A DNA stretch of 64,000 bases, taken from Nitrospirota bacterium. GTDB taxonomy: Bacteria > Nitrospirota > UBA9217. The notes under the pieces are model-generated. The model was given only the letters and a program-made list of their open reading frames with translations, was not told the DNA's origin and made no database searches. A program made the translations under genes and the position numbers. The stretch lies in NCBI GenBank assembly GCA_021814615.1, contig JAKAHZ010000002.1, forward strand, positions 17,011-81,010, in the 5' to 3' direction. Shown piece after piece: positions 47,675 through 57,832 of this stretch. Position 1 is the first letter of the stretch; the number at the start of each line of letters is the position of its first letter.

Positions 47675-48199
47675 ATGTCGGGAACAATTGTGCGGGATAT
47701 CATGTCCGCAGTTGACGGTTACGGCGCCGTGCATGACGGAGCGGACCTCGGAGAAGCGATACGAGTTCTCCAGCGGTCCTTCTACCGTGACGACAAAGGA
47801 GTCGTGTGCGGCCACCCCTCCGTCCTGGTGACCGATCAGGACGGCGAATTGACGGGCATTCTGACCATCCAGGACATCCTCAAGGCCCTGGAAAGAAAAT
47901 CGGCGGAACGGAGTCTGCCGACCGGCGGCCTCTTTAGCCGGCTTTCGCTTCTCCACGATACGCTGGCCCAGGTGCTGGTACGGGATGCCATGACTCCCGT
48001 CGCAAAGGCGGGAGTGGAAGAGAATGAACGCGCCGGCCGGGTCATCCGCAGACTGGTGGAGAGCGCCGATGCGCTGTTGCCGGTAACCAGCGAAGGGAAA
48101 ACGGTGGGCATCGTACGGGCCATCGACCTGGTAGAGCGTATCGTCCGCCTGTTGGCGGAAAAGCAGGAAGTCATCCTGAGCTTCCTCACCGTCTCCTGA
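47675..48199 (+). CDS. CBS domain protein
   Basis: VRDIMS, VLVTDQDGELTGIL and LPV...VGIVRAIDL. Confidence 0.85.
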   Translation: MSGTIVRDIMSAVDGYGAVHDGADLGEAIRVLQRSFYRDDKGVVCGHPSVLVTDQDGELTGILTIQDILKALERKSAERSLPTGGLFSRLSLLHDTLAQVLVRDAMTPVAKAGVEENERAGRVIRRLVESADALLPVTSEGKTVGIVRAIDLVERIVRLLAEKQEVILSFLTVS

Positions 48200-48437
48200 C
48201 GCAGACGGAGGATGTTTCCGCGAATTCGGAAAGACCTCTCATGGAATCATCTGGGGAGCGAATCTACCGCAGATCACCAAGGCGCTTTTCCGTGGAGATC
48301 CCGGAAACGGCCCGCCGCCAACTCGAAGGAGGAGCGGCTGGAGCGGCGGCGGAGATCGTGAATCATGGCAGAGGGGACACCACCTTCTGCCCCATCCGGG
48401 ATCATCGAAGACCTGTTCTGATTTACCTCCTGCCCCG

Positions 48438-48594
48438 CTCACCTCCCCCCGCCCGGCTCCGCCTTTCTCCGCAGCAGCCCCACCGACAGCACCGCTTTAT
48501 CCAAAGCATCACCCCTCAGCATCCTCGGCGCTCTCGGCGGTTAACATTCCGTGTCTTTTGACTTCCTCTGTGTTCTCTGTGCTTTCTGTGGCAA
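48438..48594 (+). repeat. Dispersed ~160-bp repeat (copy of 34538-34704)
   Basis: Colinear similarity; its 3' part recurs at about 48615-48671. Confidence 0.85.
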
Positions 48595-48732
48595 AGCTTC
48601 TCTGGGTTCTCGATGGTTAACATTCCGCGGCCCTTGACTTCCTCTCTATCCTCCGTGATGTCTGTGGCAAACATTTCGGCCTCAACAGCTCGGTTCACCT
48701 ATGCAACCGGATACGGTATAATAAGTACCGTC

Positions 48733-50223
48733 ATGGACATCCGGACCGACCACGAACTGCACCACGATATCTTCGGCTCCATCCTCGACCAGACCGAGAT
48801 GACGCCCTTCCTGCTGCAGCCTGCGACTGACTATTTCACGTCGCTCAAGCAGGCAACGCAAATGATGGCCAACCGGGGATTCGACACCCTGGGCAGCGAC
48901 ACGCTCCGATCCAGCGAGCGCGAGCGGGCGTCCCGGTATATCCGCCGCGCCTACGACTACTGCTTCAAGGCGCTTTTTCCCTTCGTGAACCCCCAGCTCG
49001 ATGGGCTCGCGTCGCTCCGTTCTCCCAACGAATCGCTCTACCGGACCTGCCTCGCCGGAATCGACGCCGTATCGGCGATCCTGGACGACCCGTTCTTCCT
49101 GGCCCTCCTGGACGAAGACCCCCGCCATCTGCTCCTGCTCGCCTCGTCGCGCAAGTACTCCTTCGTCTTCACCGGGTACCAGGGACGGGACTTCGCGATC
49201 CCCCCGTACTGGCAGGAAGCGGCCTGCTGCCTGCTCAAGACGATCCACCTGATCAAGTCGGTGGAGGAGGACAGCCAGGACATCAACGACGTGGCGCAGC
49301 TGGGGTTCTTCTTCGAGGACCGGTCCATCGGGCTCGACGACCTGTACCGGTTCGACTGGGAGCATCCGGCCGCCGTCCCGGACACGGAACCGGCGCAGCG
49401 CGCCTTTGTGAAGATCGCGACGTTCTTTCACCGCCTGAACGAGTCCCTGGGCTTCGACCGGAACAAGGGCTGCCTGGTCTTCAACAGCGGAGACGGCGTG
49501 GAGGTCGAGATCGCGGAGGTGAAAGCGCGGCTCAAGAGCCCCGAGAGCATGGTCACCAAGCTCGGCAAGAGCGTCGAGGGCGAGGCCTTCGACATCCGGG
49601 ACATCCTGGCGATCACCTTCATCCAGAAGGACAAGCACGATACGCTGAAGTTATTCCACGCGCTCCAGAAACAGGGCGTGATCCTGCAGGAGAACACGGT
49701 GTCCCATTCGATCACCCAGACGCTCTTCGACGATCCCGCTGGCATGCACGAAGCCGTGCGGCGGCTGGTGGTGAGCCTGGCCAAAGGCAGGGGGCGGGAC
49801 GAGCTGCCGGACGACGGCCAGGTGACGGCCGAGGCAACGTCGTTCTTCGAGGCATTGAGCAAGAACGCGGACAGCAACGCCCATACGGGGCAGGGGCACC
49901 GGAAGTTCCAGTGCAAGATCGGCTTCTCCGTGCCGATCCACCGGGCGATCGCCACGAACGAGATCCTGACCCCCGGCACGGCGCGGTATGCCGGCCGCGA
50001 CAGCGTGAGCAAGAAAACGGAGCAGCACACGCTGGGCGTGGAACTGCGCATCTCGGACGTGACGAGCTGGCGGGAGTCGGAACAGACCGGCGAGTCCCAT
50101 CATGACGCCTATAAATTCCGGCAGCTCCTCTCGGTCATGAACCGGCTGTTCAAGAACATGTTCCACTTCCCCGGATCGCAGGCGGCCCAGCTGCGCAAGG
50201 ACCAGGCAGCCCTCTTTTCCTGA
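48733..50223 (+). CDS. Divergent RelA/SpoT-like nucleotidyltransferase domain protein (TIGR04552/04562-like)
   Basis: ARLKSPESMVTKL, DIRDILAITF, VELRI and GESHHDAYK line up with synthetase motifs. Confidence 0.68.
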   Translation: MDIRTDHELHHDIFGSILDQTEMTPFLLQPATDYFTSLKQATQMMANRGFDTLGSDTLRSSERERASRYIRRAYDYCFKALFPFVNPQLDGLASLRSPNESLYRTCLAGIDAVSAILDDPFFLALLDEDPRHLLLLASSRKYSFVFTGYQGRDFAIPPYWQEAACCLLKTIHLIKSVEEDSQDINDVAQLGFFFEDRSIGLDDLYRFDWEHPAAVPDTEPAQRAFVKIATFFHRLNESLGFDRNKGCLVFNSGDGVEVEIAEVKARLKSPESMVTKLGKSVEGEAFDIRDILAITFIQKDKHDTLKLFHALQKQGVILQENTVSHSITQTLFDDPAGMHEAVRRLVVSLAKGRGRDELPDDGQVTAEATSFFEALSKNADSNAHTGQGHRKFQCKIGFSVPIHRAIATNEILTPGTARYAGRDSVSKKTEQHTLGVELRISDVTSWRESEQTGESHHDAYKFRQLLSVMNRLFKNMFHFPGSQAAQLRKDQAALFS

Positions 50224-50300
50224 CGCCCCGGAGTCTCTTCGGGGGGATTCCGGCCAAGGAGGTAGAATATAAGAAAAAGATTCAGAAGGAGGTAATAACC

Positions 50301-50759
50301 ATGCCTACAGGTACTGTGAAGCTTCACCGCGTGTTGCGCGCCGCGCCCGAGCGGGTCTACCGCGCGTTCCTCGATGCCGATGCCATGGCCAAATGGCTTC
50401 CGCCCGACGGATTTACGGGAAAGGTCCATGAGCTCGTTCCGAAGAAAGGCGGGATCTACCGCATGTCCTTCACCAATTTCACGACAGGCAAGAGCCATTC
50501 GTTCCACGGCGAGTATATCGATCTGGTCCCGAATGAGCGGCTGGTGTACACGGACAAATTCGATGATCCCGGCCCCGTGGGCGAGATGCGGACGACCGTG
50601 CAGCTCAGGAAGGTCTCCGTGGGGACCGAGGTGGATATCGTGCAGGAAGGCATACCCGCCGTGATCCCGCTGGATGCCTGCTATCTCGGGTGGGAGGAGT
50701 CGCTAGCGCTCCTCGCCAAGCTTGTCGAGCCCGAGATCCCCGAGGACATCGCCGCGTAA
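50301..50759 (+). CDS. SRPBCC/AHSA1-like protein
   Basis: LHRVLRAAPERVYRAF, KWLPP and CYLGWEESL motifs. Confidence 0.9.
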   Translation: MPTGTVKLHRVLRAAPERVYRAFLDADAMAKWLPPDGFTGKVHELVPKKGGIYRMSFTNFTTGKSHSFHGEYIDLVPNERLVYTDKFDDPGPVGEMRTTVQLRKVSVGTEVDIVQEGIPAVIPLDACYLGWEESLALLAKLVEPEIPEDIAA

Positions 50760-50779
50760 GAAACGAGAATCGCCATCCG

Positions 50780-50807
50780 GGCCGGAGGGGAAACCTTCCG
50801 GCCTTTT
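50780..50807 (+). terminator. Intrinsic terminator
   Basis: GGCCGGAGGG-GAAA-CCTTCCGGCC followed by TTTT. Confidence 0.7.
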
Positions 50808-50913
50808 CTGTGAGCTTGACAGCTCCTTCCCGACCTTCAAACCAATTGCAATACGCCTTTTTTCCGGTTTATAATGCGCTACCTTTTGTAACTCTTCCTC
50901 TGAGGAGCGGCCC

Positions 50914-52257
50914 ATGCACTGGAATAAAGAAGAATCCCTGTCCCGGCAAGACATGTCCAAACTCCAGAGCGAGCGCCTGAAGAAAGCCTGCGAGCGGGTC
51001 TACGATCGCGTGCCCTTCTACAAAAAGAGCTTCGACGCCAAGGGCGTGAAGCCGTCGGATATCAAGGATATCAAGGACGTCGTAAAGCTGCCCTTCACGA
51101 AGAAGTCCGATCTCCGCGACAACTACCCTTACGGACTCTTTGCCGAGAAACTCGACGACATCGTGCGCATCCACGCCTCCTCGGGCACGACGGGCAAGCC
51201 CACGGTCGTTGCCTACAACCGGAACGACATCAACCTCTGGGCCGAGGTCATGGCGCGCACCTTCACGGCAGCGGGCGCCACGAACAAGGACGTGGTCCAG
51301 AACGCCTACGGTTACGGCCTCTTCACCGGCGGCCTGGGCGCGCACTACGGCGCCGAGCGCGTGGGCGCCGCGGTCATCCCGATCTCCGGCGGCAACACGC
51401 AGAAGCAGATCATGCTGCTGCAGGATTTCGGCAGCACCGTCATCACCTGCACGCCGTCCTTCGCCCTCTATCTCTACGACGTGGCCGTGGACATGAAGAT
51501 CAACTTCGACACCATCAAGCTCAGGGTCGGCCTCTTCGGCGCGGAGCCCTGGACCGAGGAGATGCGGAAGGAAATCGAGGAGCGGCTGCGGCTCAAGGCC
51601 ATCGACATCTACGGTCTCTCGGAGATCATCGGCCCCGGCGTCTCGTCGGAGTGCATCGAGGCGCAGGACGGCCTGCACATGAACGAGGACCACTTCTACC
51701 CCGAGATCATCGATCCCGCCACGGGCGAGCAGCTGCCCTACGGCAAGGAGGGCGAGCTCGTGATCACGAGCATGTCCCGCGAGGCCATGCCGCTCATCCG
51801 GTACCGCACCGGCGACATCACGAGCCTGAATCCCGAGACCTGCGCCTGCGGCAGGACCACGGTCAGGATGCGGCGCATCCGCGGCCGCGCCGACGACATG
51901 CTGATCATCCGCGGCGTCAACGTGTTCCCGTCGCAGGTGGAGTCGGTGCTGCTCCGGTCCAAGGAAGTGGCTCCGCACTACATCATCGAGGTGAACCGCA
52001 AAGGCCGCATGGACGAGATGAACGTGAAGGTCGAGGTGACCCAGGACGTGATGGACAAGATGGCTGCCAAGGTGCTCACCACGGACCTCAAGGCCTTTGC
52101 CCAGGAAGAGGAAGAGCTGATCAAGATCAAGCGCGAGATCCAGAAGAACATCAAGGACATCATCGGCGTGACCACCGACATCACCCTCGTTCCGCCGGCC
52201 TCGGTCCAGCGGAGCGAAGGCAAGGCCAAACGGGTGATCGACAACAGGCCGAAGTGA
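50914..52257 (+). CDS. paaK: Phenylacetate-CoA ligase
   Basis: [39 protein letters not shown] and [11 protein letters not shown] motifs. Confidence 0.94.
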   Translation: MHWNKEESLSRQDMSKLQSERLKKACERVYDRVPFYKKSFDAKGVKPSDIKDIKDVVKLPFTKKSDLRDNYPYGLFAEKLDDIVRIHASSGTTGKPTVVAYNRNDINLWAEVMARTFTAAGATNKDVVQNAYGYGLFTGGLGAHYGAERVGAAVIPISGGNTQKQIMLLQDFGSTVITCTPSFALYLYDVAVDMKINFDTIKLRVGLFGAEPWTEEMRKEIEERLRLKAIDIYGLSEIIGPGVSSECIEAQDGLHMNEDHFYPEIIDPATGEQLPYGKEGELVITSMSREAMPLIRYRTGDITSLNPETCACGRTTVRMRRIRGRADDMLIIRGVNVFPSQVESVLLRSKEVAPHYIIEVNRKGRMDEMNVKVEVTQDVMDKMAAKVLTTDLKAFAQEEEELIKIKREIQKNIKDIIGVTTDITLVPPASVQRSEGKAKRVIDNRPK

Positions 52258-52354
52258 TCATAGGGTCCAGGGGCAAGGGCCCAGGGTCCGGGAAAACCGT
52301 CGTTCTTTTCCTGGCCCCCGGCTACTGGACCCCGGACCCGCTTTGAGGTGTTTT

Positions 52355-54103
52355 GTGACTAAAGCCATTCTATCCGGCAACGAAGCGATCGCCCGCGGGT
52401 TCCTCGAAGCGGGCGGCAAGGTGGCGGCGGCCTATCCCGGCACGCCGAGCACCGAGGTGCTCGAGATCCTCTCGCGCGAGAAGCAGATACACGCCGAATG
52501 GTCCACGAACGAAAAAGTGGCGCTCGAAGTGGCGATCGGCGGGTCGCTCGCCGGCGTCCGGGCCCTGGCCTGCATGAAGCACGTGGGCGTGAACGTGGCC
52601 GCGGACCCGCTCATGACCATCGCCTACACGGGCGTGAACGCAGGCCTCGTGCTCATGGCCGCGGACGACCCGGGCATGTTCAGCTCCCAGAACGAGCAGG
52701 ACACGCGCCACTACGCCCGCATGGCCAAGATCCCCTGCATCGAGCCGGCGGACTCGGGGGAGGCAAAGGCCTTTGTGCGAGCAGCCTTCGAGCTCTCTGA
52801 GTCCTACGATACGCCGGTCATCCTCCGGACCACGACTCGCGTCTCGCACTGCAAGAGCGTGGTGGAGACGGCGGAGCCCGTCGCCGTCAAGGACCGCGAC
52901 CTTGCGAACAACGTTCCCAAGTACGTGATGCTGCCGGCGAACGCCAAGAAGCGGCACCTCCTCGTCGAGGAGCGGACCAGCAACCTCCGCGACTGGGCAG
53001 AAGCGACGGAGCTGAACGTCGTGCAGCAAGGCACCACGGATGTCGGTTTCATCGCCAACGGCGTGGCCTACCAGTATGTGCGCGAAGCCTTCCCGGACGC
53101 CGCGGTGCTCAAGCTCGGCGTTACCTGGCCGCTGCCGGAGAAGAAGATCAAGGCCTTTGCGGCGACCGTCAAGAAGCTTGCGATCGTCGAGGAGCTCGAC
53201 GGCTTCGTCGAGGAGCAGGTGAAGGCCATGGGCGTGACCGTTCACTACGGCAAGGCGCACTTCCCGCCCTGCGGCGAGCTCACGTCGCGGCTTATCCACG
53301 AATCGGTCACCGGAAAGCCGCTCGTCTGCAAGGCGCCGGTGCCGGGCCTCATCATGCGGCCCCCCACGTTCTGCCCCGGTTGCTCGCACCGCGGGCTCTA
53401 CACGGTCATCGCCAAGCTCAAGCTCTTCGTCTCCGGCGACATCGGCTGCTATACGCTCGGCGCCCTTCCGCCTTTCTCGTCCATGCACACCTGCATCTGC
53501 ATGGGCGCAAGCATCTCGGCTGCCCACGGCATGGCGAGGGGCCTCGCGCTCAAGGGTGTCACGCAGAAGCCCGTGGCAGTGATCGGCGACTCCACGTTCC
53601 TTCACTCCGGCATCACCGGGCTCATCGACATGGTCTACAACGGCGGCGACGCGCTGGTCGTCATCATGAACAACGATACGACCGGCATGACCGGCGGCCA
53701 GGAGCATCCCGGCACGGGCAGGAGGGCGGGCGGAGCCGATGCGCCGAAGCTTTCCATCGAGAAGCTCTGCCAGGTCATCGGCGCAAAACGCGTCCGCGAG
53801 ATCGACGCCTACAACCTGAAGGACCTCGAGAAGATCATGAAAGAGGAGCTGGCAGCTCCGGGTCCTTCGGTCCTGGTGTCGAACCAGCCCTGCGTGCTCC
53901 GGTACAAGGTCGCGAAGAAGGCGCTCGGCGTGGACCGGAAGACCTGTGTGGGATGCAAGGCCTGCCTCAAGGCGGGCTGCATCGCGCTTTCCTTCGTGGC
54001 CGAAGGCAAGACCGGGTATGCGGAGATCGATCCCTTGCTCTGCAACGGCTGCGGCGTCTGCGCCCAGCTTTGCGCGACGAAGAGCATCGTAGAGCCGAAA
54101 TAA
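52355..54103 (+). CDS. iorA: Indolepyruvate:ferredoxin oxidoreductase alpha subunit
   Basis: GNEAIARG, YPGTPSTE, MKHVGVNVAADP, CPGCSH, GDIGCY, GDSTF and a C-terminal ferredoxin. Confidence 0.95.
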   Translation: MTKAILSGNEAIARGFLEAGGKVAAAYPGTPSTEVLEILSREKQIHAEWSTNEKVALEVAIGGSLAGVRALACMKHVGVNVAADPLMTIAYTGVNAGLVLMAADDPGMFSSQNEQDTRHYARMAKIPCIEPADSGEAKAFVRAAFELSESYDTPVILRTTTRVSHCKSVVETAEPVAVKDRDLANNVPKYVMLPANAKKRHLLVEERTSNLRDWAEATELNVVQQGTTDVGFIANGVAYQYVREAFPDAAVLKLGVTWPLPEKKIKAFAATVKKLAIVEELDGFVEEQVKAMGVTVHYGKAHFPPCGELTSRLIHESVTGKPLVCKAPVPGLIMRPPTFCPGCSHRGLYTVIAKLKLFVSGDIGCYTLGALPPFSSMHTCICMGASISAAHGMARGLALKGVTQKPVAVIGDSTFLHSGITGLIDMVYNGGDALVVIMNNDTTGMTGGQEHPGTGRRAGGADAPKLSIEKLCQVIGAKRVREIDAYNLKDLEKIMKEELAAPGPSVLVSNQPCVLRYKVAKKALGVDRKTCVGCKACLKAGCIALSFVAEGKTGYAEIDPLLCNGCGVCAQLCATKSIVEPK

Positions 54104-54125
54104 GAAGGAACCAAAACTATCAGCT

Positions 54126-54223
54126 TTGACACTGATAATGGCCGATGAAGGCCTATGAAAAAGCAGTAAGACTGATCATTATCATGCTCCTTCATAGCAG
54201 TTCTCAGTGTCCATCAGTGTCAA
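54126..54223. repeat. Long intergenic inverted repeat
   Basis: TTGACACTGAT...ATCAGTGTCAA between iorA and iorB. Confidence 0.55.
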
Positions 54224-54247
54224 GGATTTTTCGACGCGAGGTCTAAC

Positions 54248-54823
54248 GTGAACGTATTCAACATTCTCATCGCAGGCGTCGGCGGACAGGGCGTGCTGCT
54301 GACGAGCAAGATCATCGCCGAGGCGGCGCTTCTGGCCGGGCTCGACGTGAAGCAGAGCGAGGTGCACGGCATGGCGCAGCGCGGCGGCAGCGTGCTCTCC
54401 CAGGTGCGCTTCGGCGACAAGGTCTTCTCCCCCATCGTGAACGAAGGGGAGGCGGACCTCCTGATCGGCTTTGAGCCGCTCGAGACGGCGCGGTACCTGC
54501 ACTTCCTGCGCGACGGCGCCAGAGTCATCTACAACACGCGGCCCATCGGCACCATCGGCGTGTCCATCGGCAAGGAGACCTATCCGGCTGACATCCACGA
54601 GACGATCAAACAGCACGCCCCTGCCGCGCAGGCCTTCGATGCCACGGCAGCAGCCGTGACGGTCGGCGAAAAGCGCGCCGTGAACCTGGTGCTGCTCGGC
54701 GCGGCGCTGCGCCATCTGCCGATCGATCCGGCCGTCGTGGAGCAGGCGATCACGAATTCGGTGCCCAAGAAGACCCTGGAGATCAACCGAAAGGCTTTCT
54801 TTGCCGGAAAGGCCCAGGCGTAA
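54248..54823 (+). CDS. iorB: Indolepyruvate:ferredoxin oxidoreductase beta subunit
   Basis: GVGGQG and SEVHGMAQRGGSV motifs. Confidence 0.95.
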   Translation: MNVFNILIAGVGGQGVLLTSKIIAEAALLAGLDVKQSEVHGMAQRGGSVLSQVRFGDKVFSPIVNEGEADLLIGFEPLETARYLHFLRDGARVIYNTRPIGTIGVSIGKETYPADIHETIKQHAPAAQAFDATAAAVTVGEKRAVNLVLLGAALRHLPIDPAVVEQAITNSVPKKTLEINRKAFFAGKAQA

Positions 54824-54952
54824 GGATCTCCGGCAGGGAGCCGCTTTTCATTTTCTTGACATTCTTGGGAATGTGTTGTATCTAATAATCAGCATTACCG
54901 TCGGCGGGCATCCGCCGGCCGTGCTGCGCCTGAGAAGGAGGCCGCCGGGTCT

Positions 54953-55726
54953 ATGATTGCCCTGCCCGATGCGAACATCCAGGACGCCTGCAAGGCTCTG
55001 TTCGGACCTGACACCTGCGTGTCTCCGTCATTCCTGCTTTCCCTCAAACCCAACACGATCAAGACAGCGTTCCGCAAGAAGGCCAAGGAAACCCATCCCG
55101 ACCTGTTCACCGCCCATGATCCTGCGGTGCAGAAGCGCCAGGCAGAGATGTTCCGGGTGGTGAACGACGCCTACGAGATCATGCGGCGGTACTGCGAACG
55201 GCGCGACCGCATGCGCGTCCATCCGGTGCGGCGCACCCATGACACCCCCCGGAAACAGCGCACTGCAGACGCCACGAGGACCTTCCGCGTCGATGAGGAA
55301 GGGTGGCTGTACCGGGGCATCGTGCCCGAGCGGCGGCTCGAGATCGGCAGGTACCTCTATTATCGCGGCCGCATTCCCTATCATACGCTGCTGCGCGCCC
55401 TTGCCTGGCAGATGAAGCAGCGGCCGACCCTGGGAGCGATCGCCAAATCCTGGGGCTGGCTGAGCGACGACCAGGTGCGTACGATCCTGGGCCTCCGCAG
55501 CTACACGAGCCGTTTCGGCCAGCGGGCGCTCCAGCTCGGCTTCCTGTCGTCCTACCAGGCGCGGCTCCTGCTCTCCTACCAGCGCACGCTCCAGAAGAAG
55601 CTCGGCCAGTATTTCGTCGAGCACGGCCACTTCACCCAGACGGAAATGGACGACCTCGTTGCCGACCTGACCCGTCACAATGCACGCTTCCCGCTCATGT
55701 CCGTCGCCGAGTGGCGGCGGTCCTGA
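54953..55726 (+). CDS. J-domain (DnaJ-like) protein
   Basis: IKTAFRKKAKETHPD...VNDAYE, with C-terminal helical repeats. Confidence 0.85.
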   Translation: MIALPDANIQDACKALFGPDTCVSPSFLLSLKPNTIKTAFRKKAKETHPDLFTAHDPAVQKRQAEMFRVVNDAYEIMRRYCERRDRMRVHPVRRTHDTPRKQRTADATRTFRVDEEGWLYRGIVPERRLEIGRYLYYRGRIPYHTLLRALAWQMKQRPTLGAIAKSWGWLSDDQVRTILGLRSYTSRFGQRALQLGFLSSYQARLLLSYQRTLQKKLGQYFVEHGHFTQTEMDDLVADLTRHNARFPLMSVAEWRRS

Positions 55727-55980
55727 TTCTTTCCTCAAAGCCTTTACCGCGAAGACGCCAAGACACGAAAAGTCCTTTGGACGCGGATGAACACGGATAG
55801 CCTGCATGCTTATATCCGTGTCATACTAATGATCCGCGTTTCGCAACTGCGAACCTCCATCGGGACAATTTATTCATTGCACTACCTTGCCATTGTTCCA
55901 TTCCTTTGCTAGGCTCTTGATTGTTGCCGTTGATTCGCTCATGGGAATCCCGGGGAGGAATCTCATATCGAGGAGGAGCT

Positions 55981-56262
55981 ATGAAGAGGATCGTCGCTGT
56001 TGCCGTGCTGTTGCTGTTCGTTGCTGCACCGGTCTTTGCCGCAGATACCGTGACCTTGAAGGCCAAGATGGGGGACGTGACCTTCAATCACAAGGTCCAC
56101 GGCGAGAAGTTCGGATGTAAGTCTTGCCATCCCACGGAGCCTGCTGCCAAGTTCGAAGTGGGCGGCAAGGACCCGGGACACAAGATGTGCCAGGGATGCC
56201 ATACGGAGAAGAAGGCGGGGCCGCAGGCCTCGAAATGCATGGAATGCCATAAGAAGAAGTAG
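55981..56262 (+). CDS. Periplasmic triheme cytochrome c7 (PpcA-like)
   Basis: Signal peptide, VTFNHKVH, and three CxxCH (CKSCH, CQGCH, CMECH). Confidence 0.92.
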   Translation: MKRIVAVAVLLLFVAAPVFAADTVTLKAKMGDVTFNHKVHGEKFGCKSCHPTEPAAKFEVGGKDPGHKMCQGCHTEKKAGPQASKCMECHKKK

Positions 56263-56278
56263 CGGTGGGCAATCCCTC

Positions 56279-56317
56279 AAAAAGGCCGGTCTGACAAAGT
56301 CAAGACCGGCCTTTTTT
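56279..56317. terminator. Bidirectional intrinsic terminator
   Basis: AAAAAGGCCGGTCT...AGACCGGCCTTTTT between convergent genes. Confidence 0.8.
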
Positions 56318-56325
56318 ACGATTGC

Positions 56326-57600
56326 TTACTCACTCATGAGCACCGGTTGGCTGCCCACGGAAATTTTTCTTGCATCGGTCGTCTTCGCTATTCCCAACAG
56401 GGTTTCGATCGACACAACATTCAGTTCTTTTGGAATCACCCAATCCCGCGCCGCAGATTGTGTTGTCCAGAGAATCCATTTTCTTCTGCTGTTCTTTTTG
56501 AGACTGCATATCCAGAGATCCTGCTCATTCCGGCAACCGAGGAACTCCGCCCCTTCCAGCCAGTTTACGACCTTCCCGTATGCCAGGCCGGCATCCTTAA
56601 TCTTCCTGGCTCTCGGTTCAACAAGGCCGACGCCGGCATGGTCCCAGGAGTACCAGAAATACCTGTCCAATCCTGTAGACCTTCCGAGTACAAGCGATCT
56701 CGCCACATACGCCGCGGCGGTATTTGCATCGAGTTTCGTCCAGGCTTTGGGATCTATCCATGTTGGAGTGGGCGTTCCATCCGTATTTTCTATCCACCAG
56801 CCCATCTCGGTATTCCATAGCGGTTTTTTATCCGCCCCATAACGTCGCAGGACGGTTCTCACGGTATGCATTCTCTCGACGATTGCTTCCGGGGGATTAT
56901 TCGTCGAATAGAAGTGTATGCCGATGATATCGGCATACTCTCCACCGCCGGCGGCGAGATATCTGTCGAGCCAGCCCGCATAATCGGCATGTTCCGTGCT
57001 AACCGACGCCGACACCAGAACACAACCCGGATCGTTTTCTTTCAGGATGGCATAGGTTCGTTTCTGGAGATCTACCAGCGTGGCAATATTGCCGGTGTAG
57101 TATTTTTTCAGATTCACTCCATTCCAGAATTCATAATATTTAATCTTTTTCCTATATCTTCGCGCGACTGCTTCGACATACTCTTCCCAATCGCTGAAAT
57201 TCTTCGGTTCCGAGGCATTCCCCGGCCCATAAGCGGACGGTTCCAGGGGGCGCTTTGCCGCCCACGCAGGCGTCACTCCCAACGGAAGCACCAGCTCAAC
57301 ATGATTCTGTTGAGCCAGCGCCACGTATTGATCCAACTTTTCGAAGCGCCACTGTCCGGGCTGAGGCTCCAGATCGCGCCAGCTGACGTTCGCATCCCAC
57401 AGTCGCCAGCTTCCGAATCGCACTTTGGGCCACTCCTCTCGTGCATTCTGCATATGAAGTCCGAAATACTGTATCGGGACCGGATTCTGCTGATTATCGA
57501 TACTTGAAGCACCCGTGGCCGCTGGTACGGGCAGACTTTGAGCAATAAACACGATCATCGTAATGACTACATATGCCGTTTTAGTGGTAAAGCTCATCAT
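56326..57600 (-). CDS. Secreted clan GH-A glycoside hydrolase (GH39/GH5-like)
   Basis: RLWD...W..LEP, TPAWA, YEFWN, IHFY and LWNTEMGW motifs; AT-richer than flanks. Confidence 0.82.
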   Translation of the reverse strand: MMSFTTKTAYVVITMIVFIAQSLPVPAATGASSIDNQQNPVPIQYFGLHMQNAREEWPKVRFGSWRLWDANVSWRDLEPQPGQWRFEKLDQYVALAQQNHVELVLPLGVTPAWAAKRPLEPSAYGPGNASEPKNFSDWEEYVEAVARRYRKKIKYYEFWNGVNLKKYYTGNIATLVDLQKRTYAILKENDPGCVLVSASVSTEHADYAGWLDRYLAAGGGEYADIIGIHFYSTNNPPEAIVERMHTVRTVLRRYGADKKPLWNTEMGWWIENTDGTPTPTWIDPKAWTKLDANTAAAYVARSLVLGRSTGLDRYFWYSWDHAGVGLVEPRARKIKDAGLAYGKVVNWLEGAEFLGCRNEQDLWICSLKKNSRRKWILWTTQSAARDWVIPKELNVVSIETLLGIAKTTDARKISVGSQPVLMSE

Positions 57601-57832
57601 GCGGTCTCCATTTCTCATTTCTTAAGGTAATGAAAGGCGGGGGAGGGCATCAAGAACGCTTCGTTGTTCGCCGGCTGAAACGGATCGTTTGGATTACGGG
57701 CATTGCGCTTCGACGATGATCAGATCACAGCATATCAGCTTGACGAAGCAAGCGCGTCTTCCTTCGACAGTTCTGCCAAAATCTCTTTATCTTGAATCAC
57801 GTAATACGGGCGACTGGCGTCCCGGTGCCGGA

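Noticed and set aside
48241-48561. 106-aa ORF after the CBS gene
   Set aside because: It runs into the dispersed repeat, has no motifs and is likely spurious.
57765-57785. Possible sigma54 promoter for the glycoside hydrolase
   Set aside because: TTGGCAG is present, but there is no GC at the -12 position.
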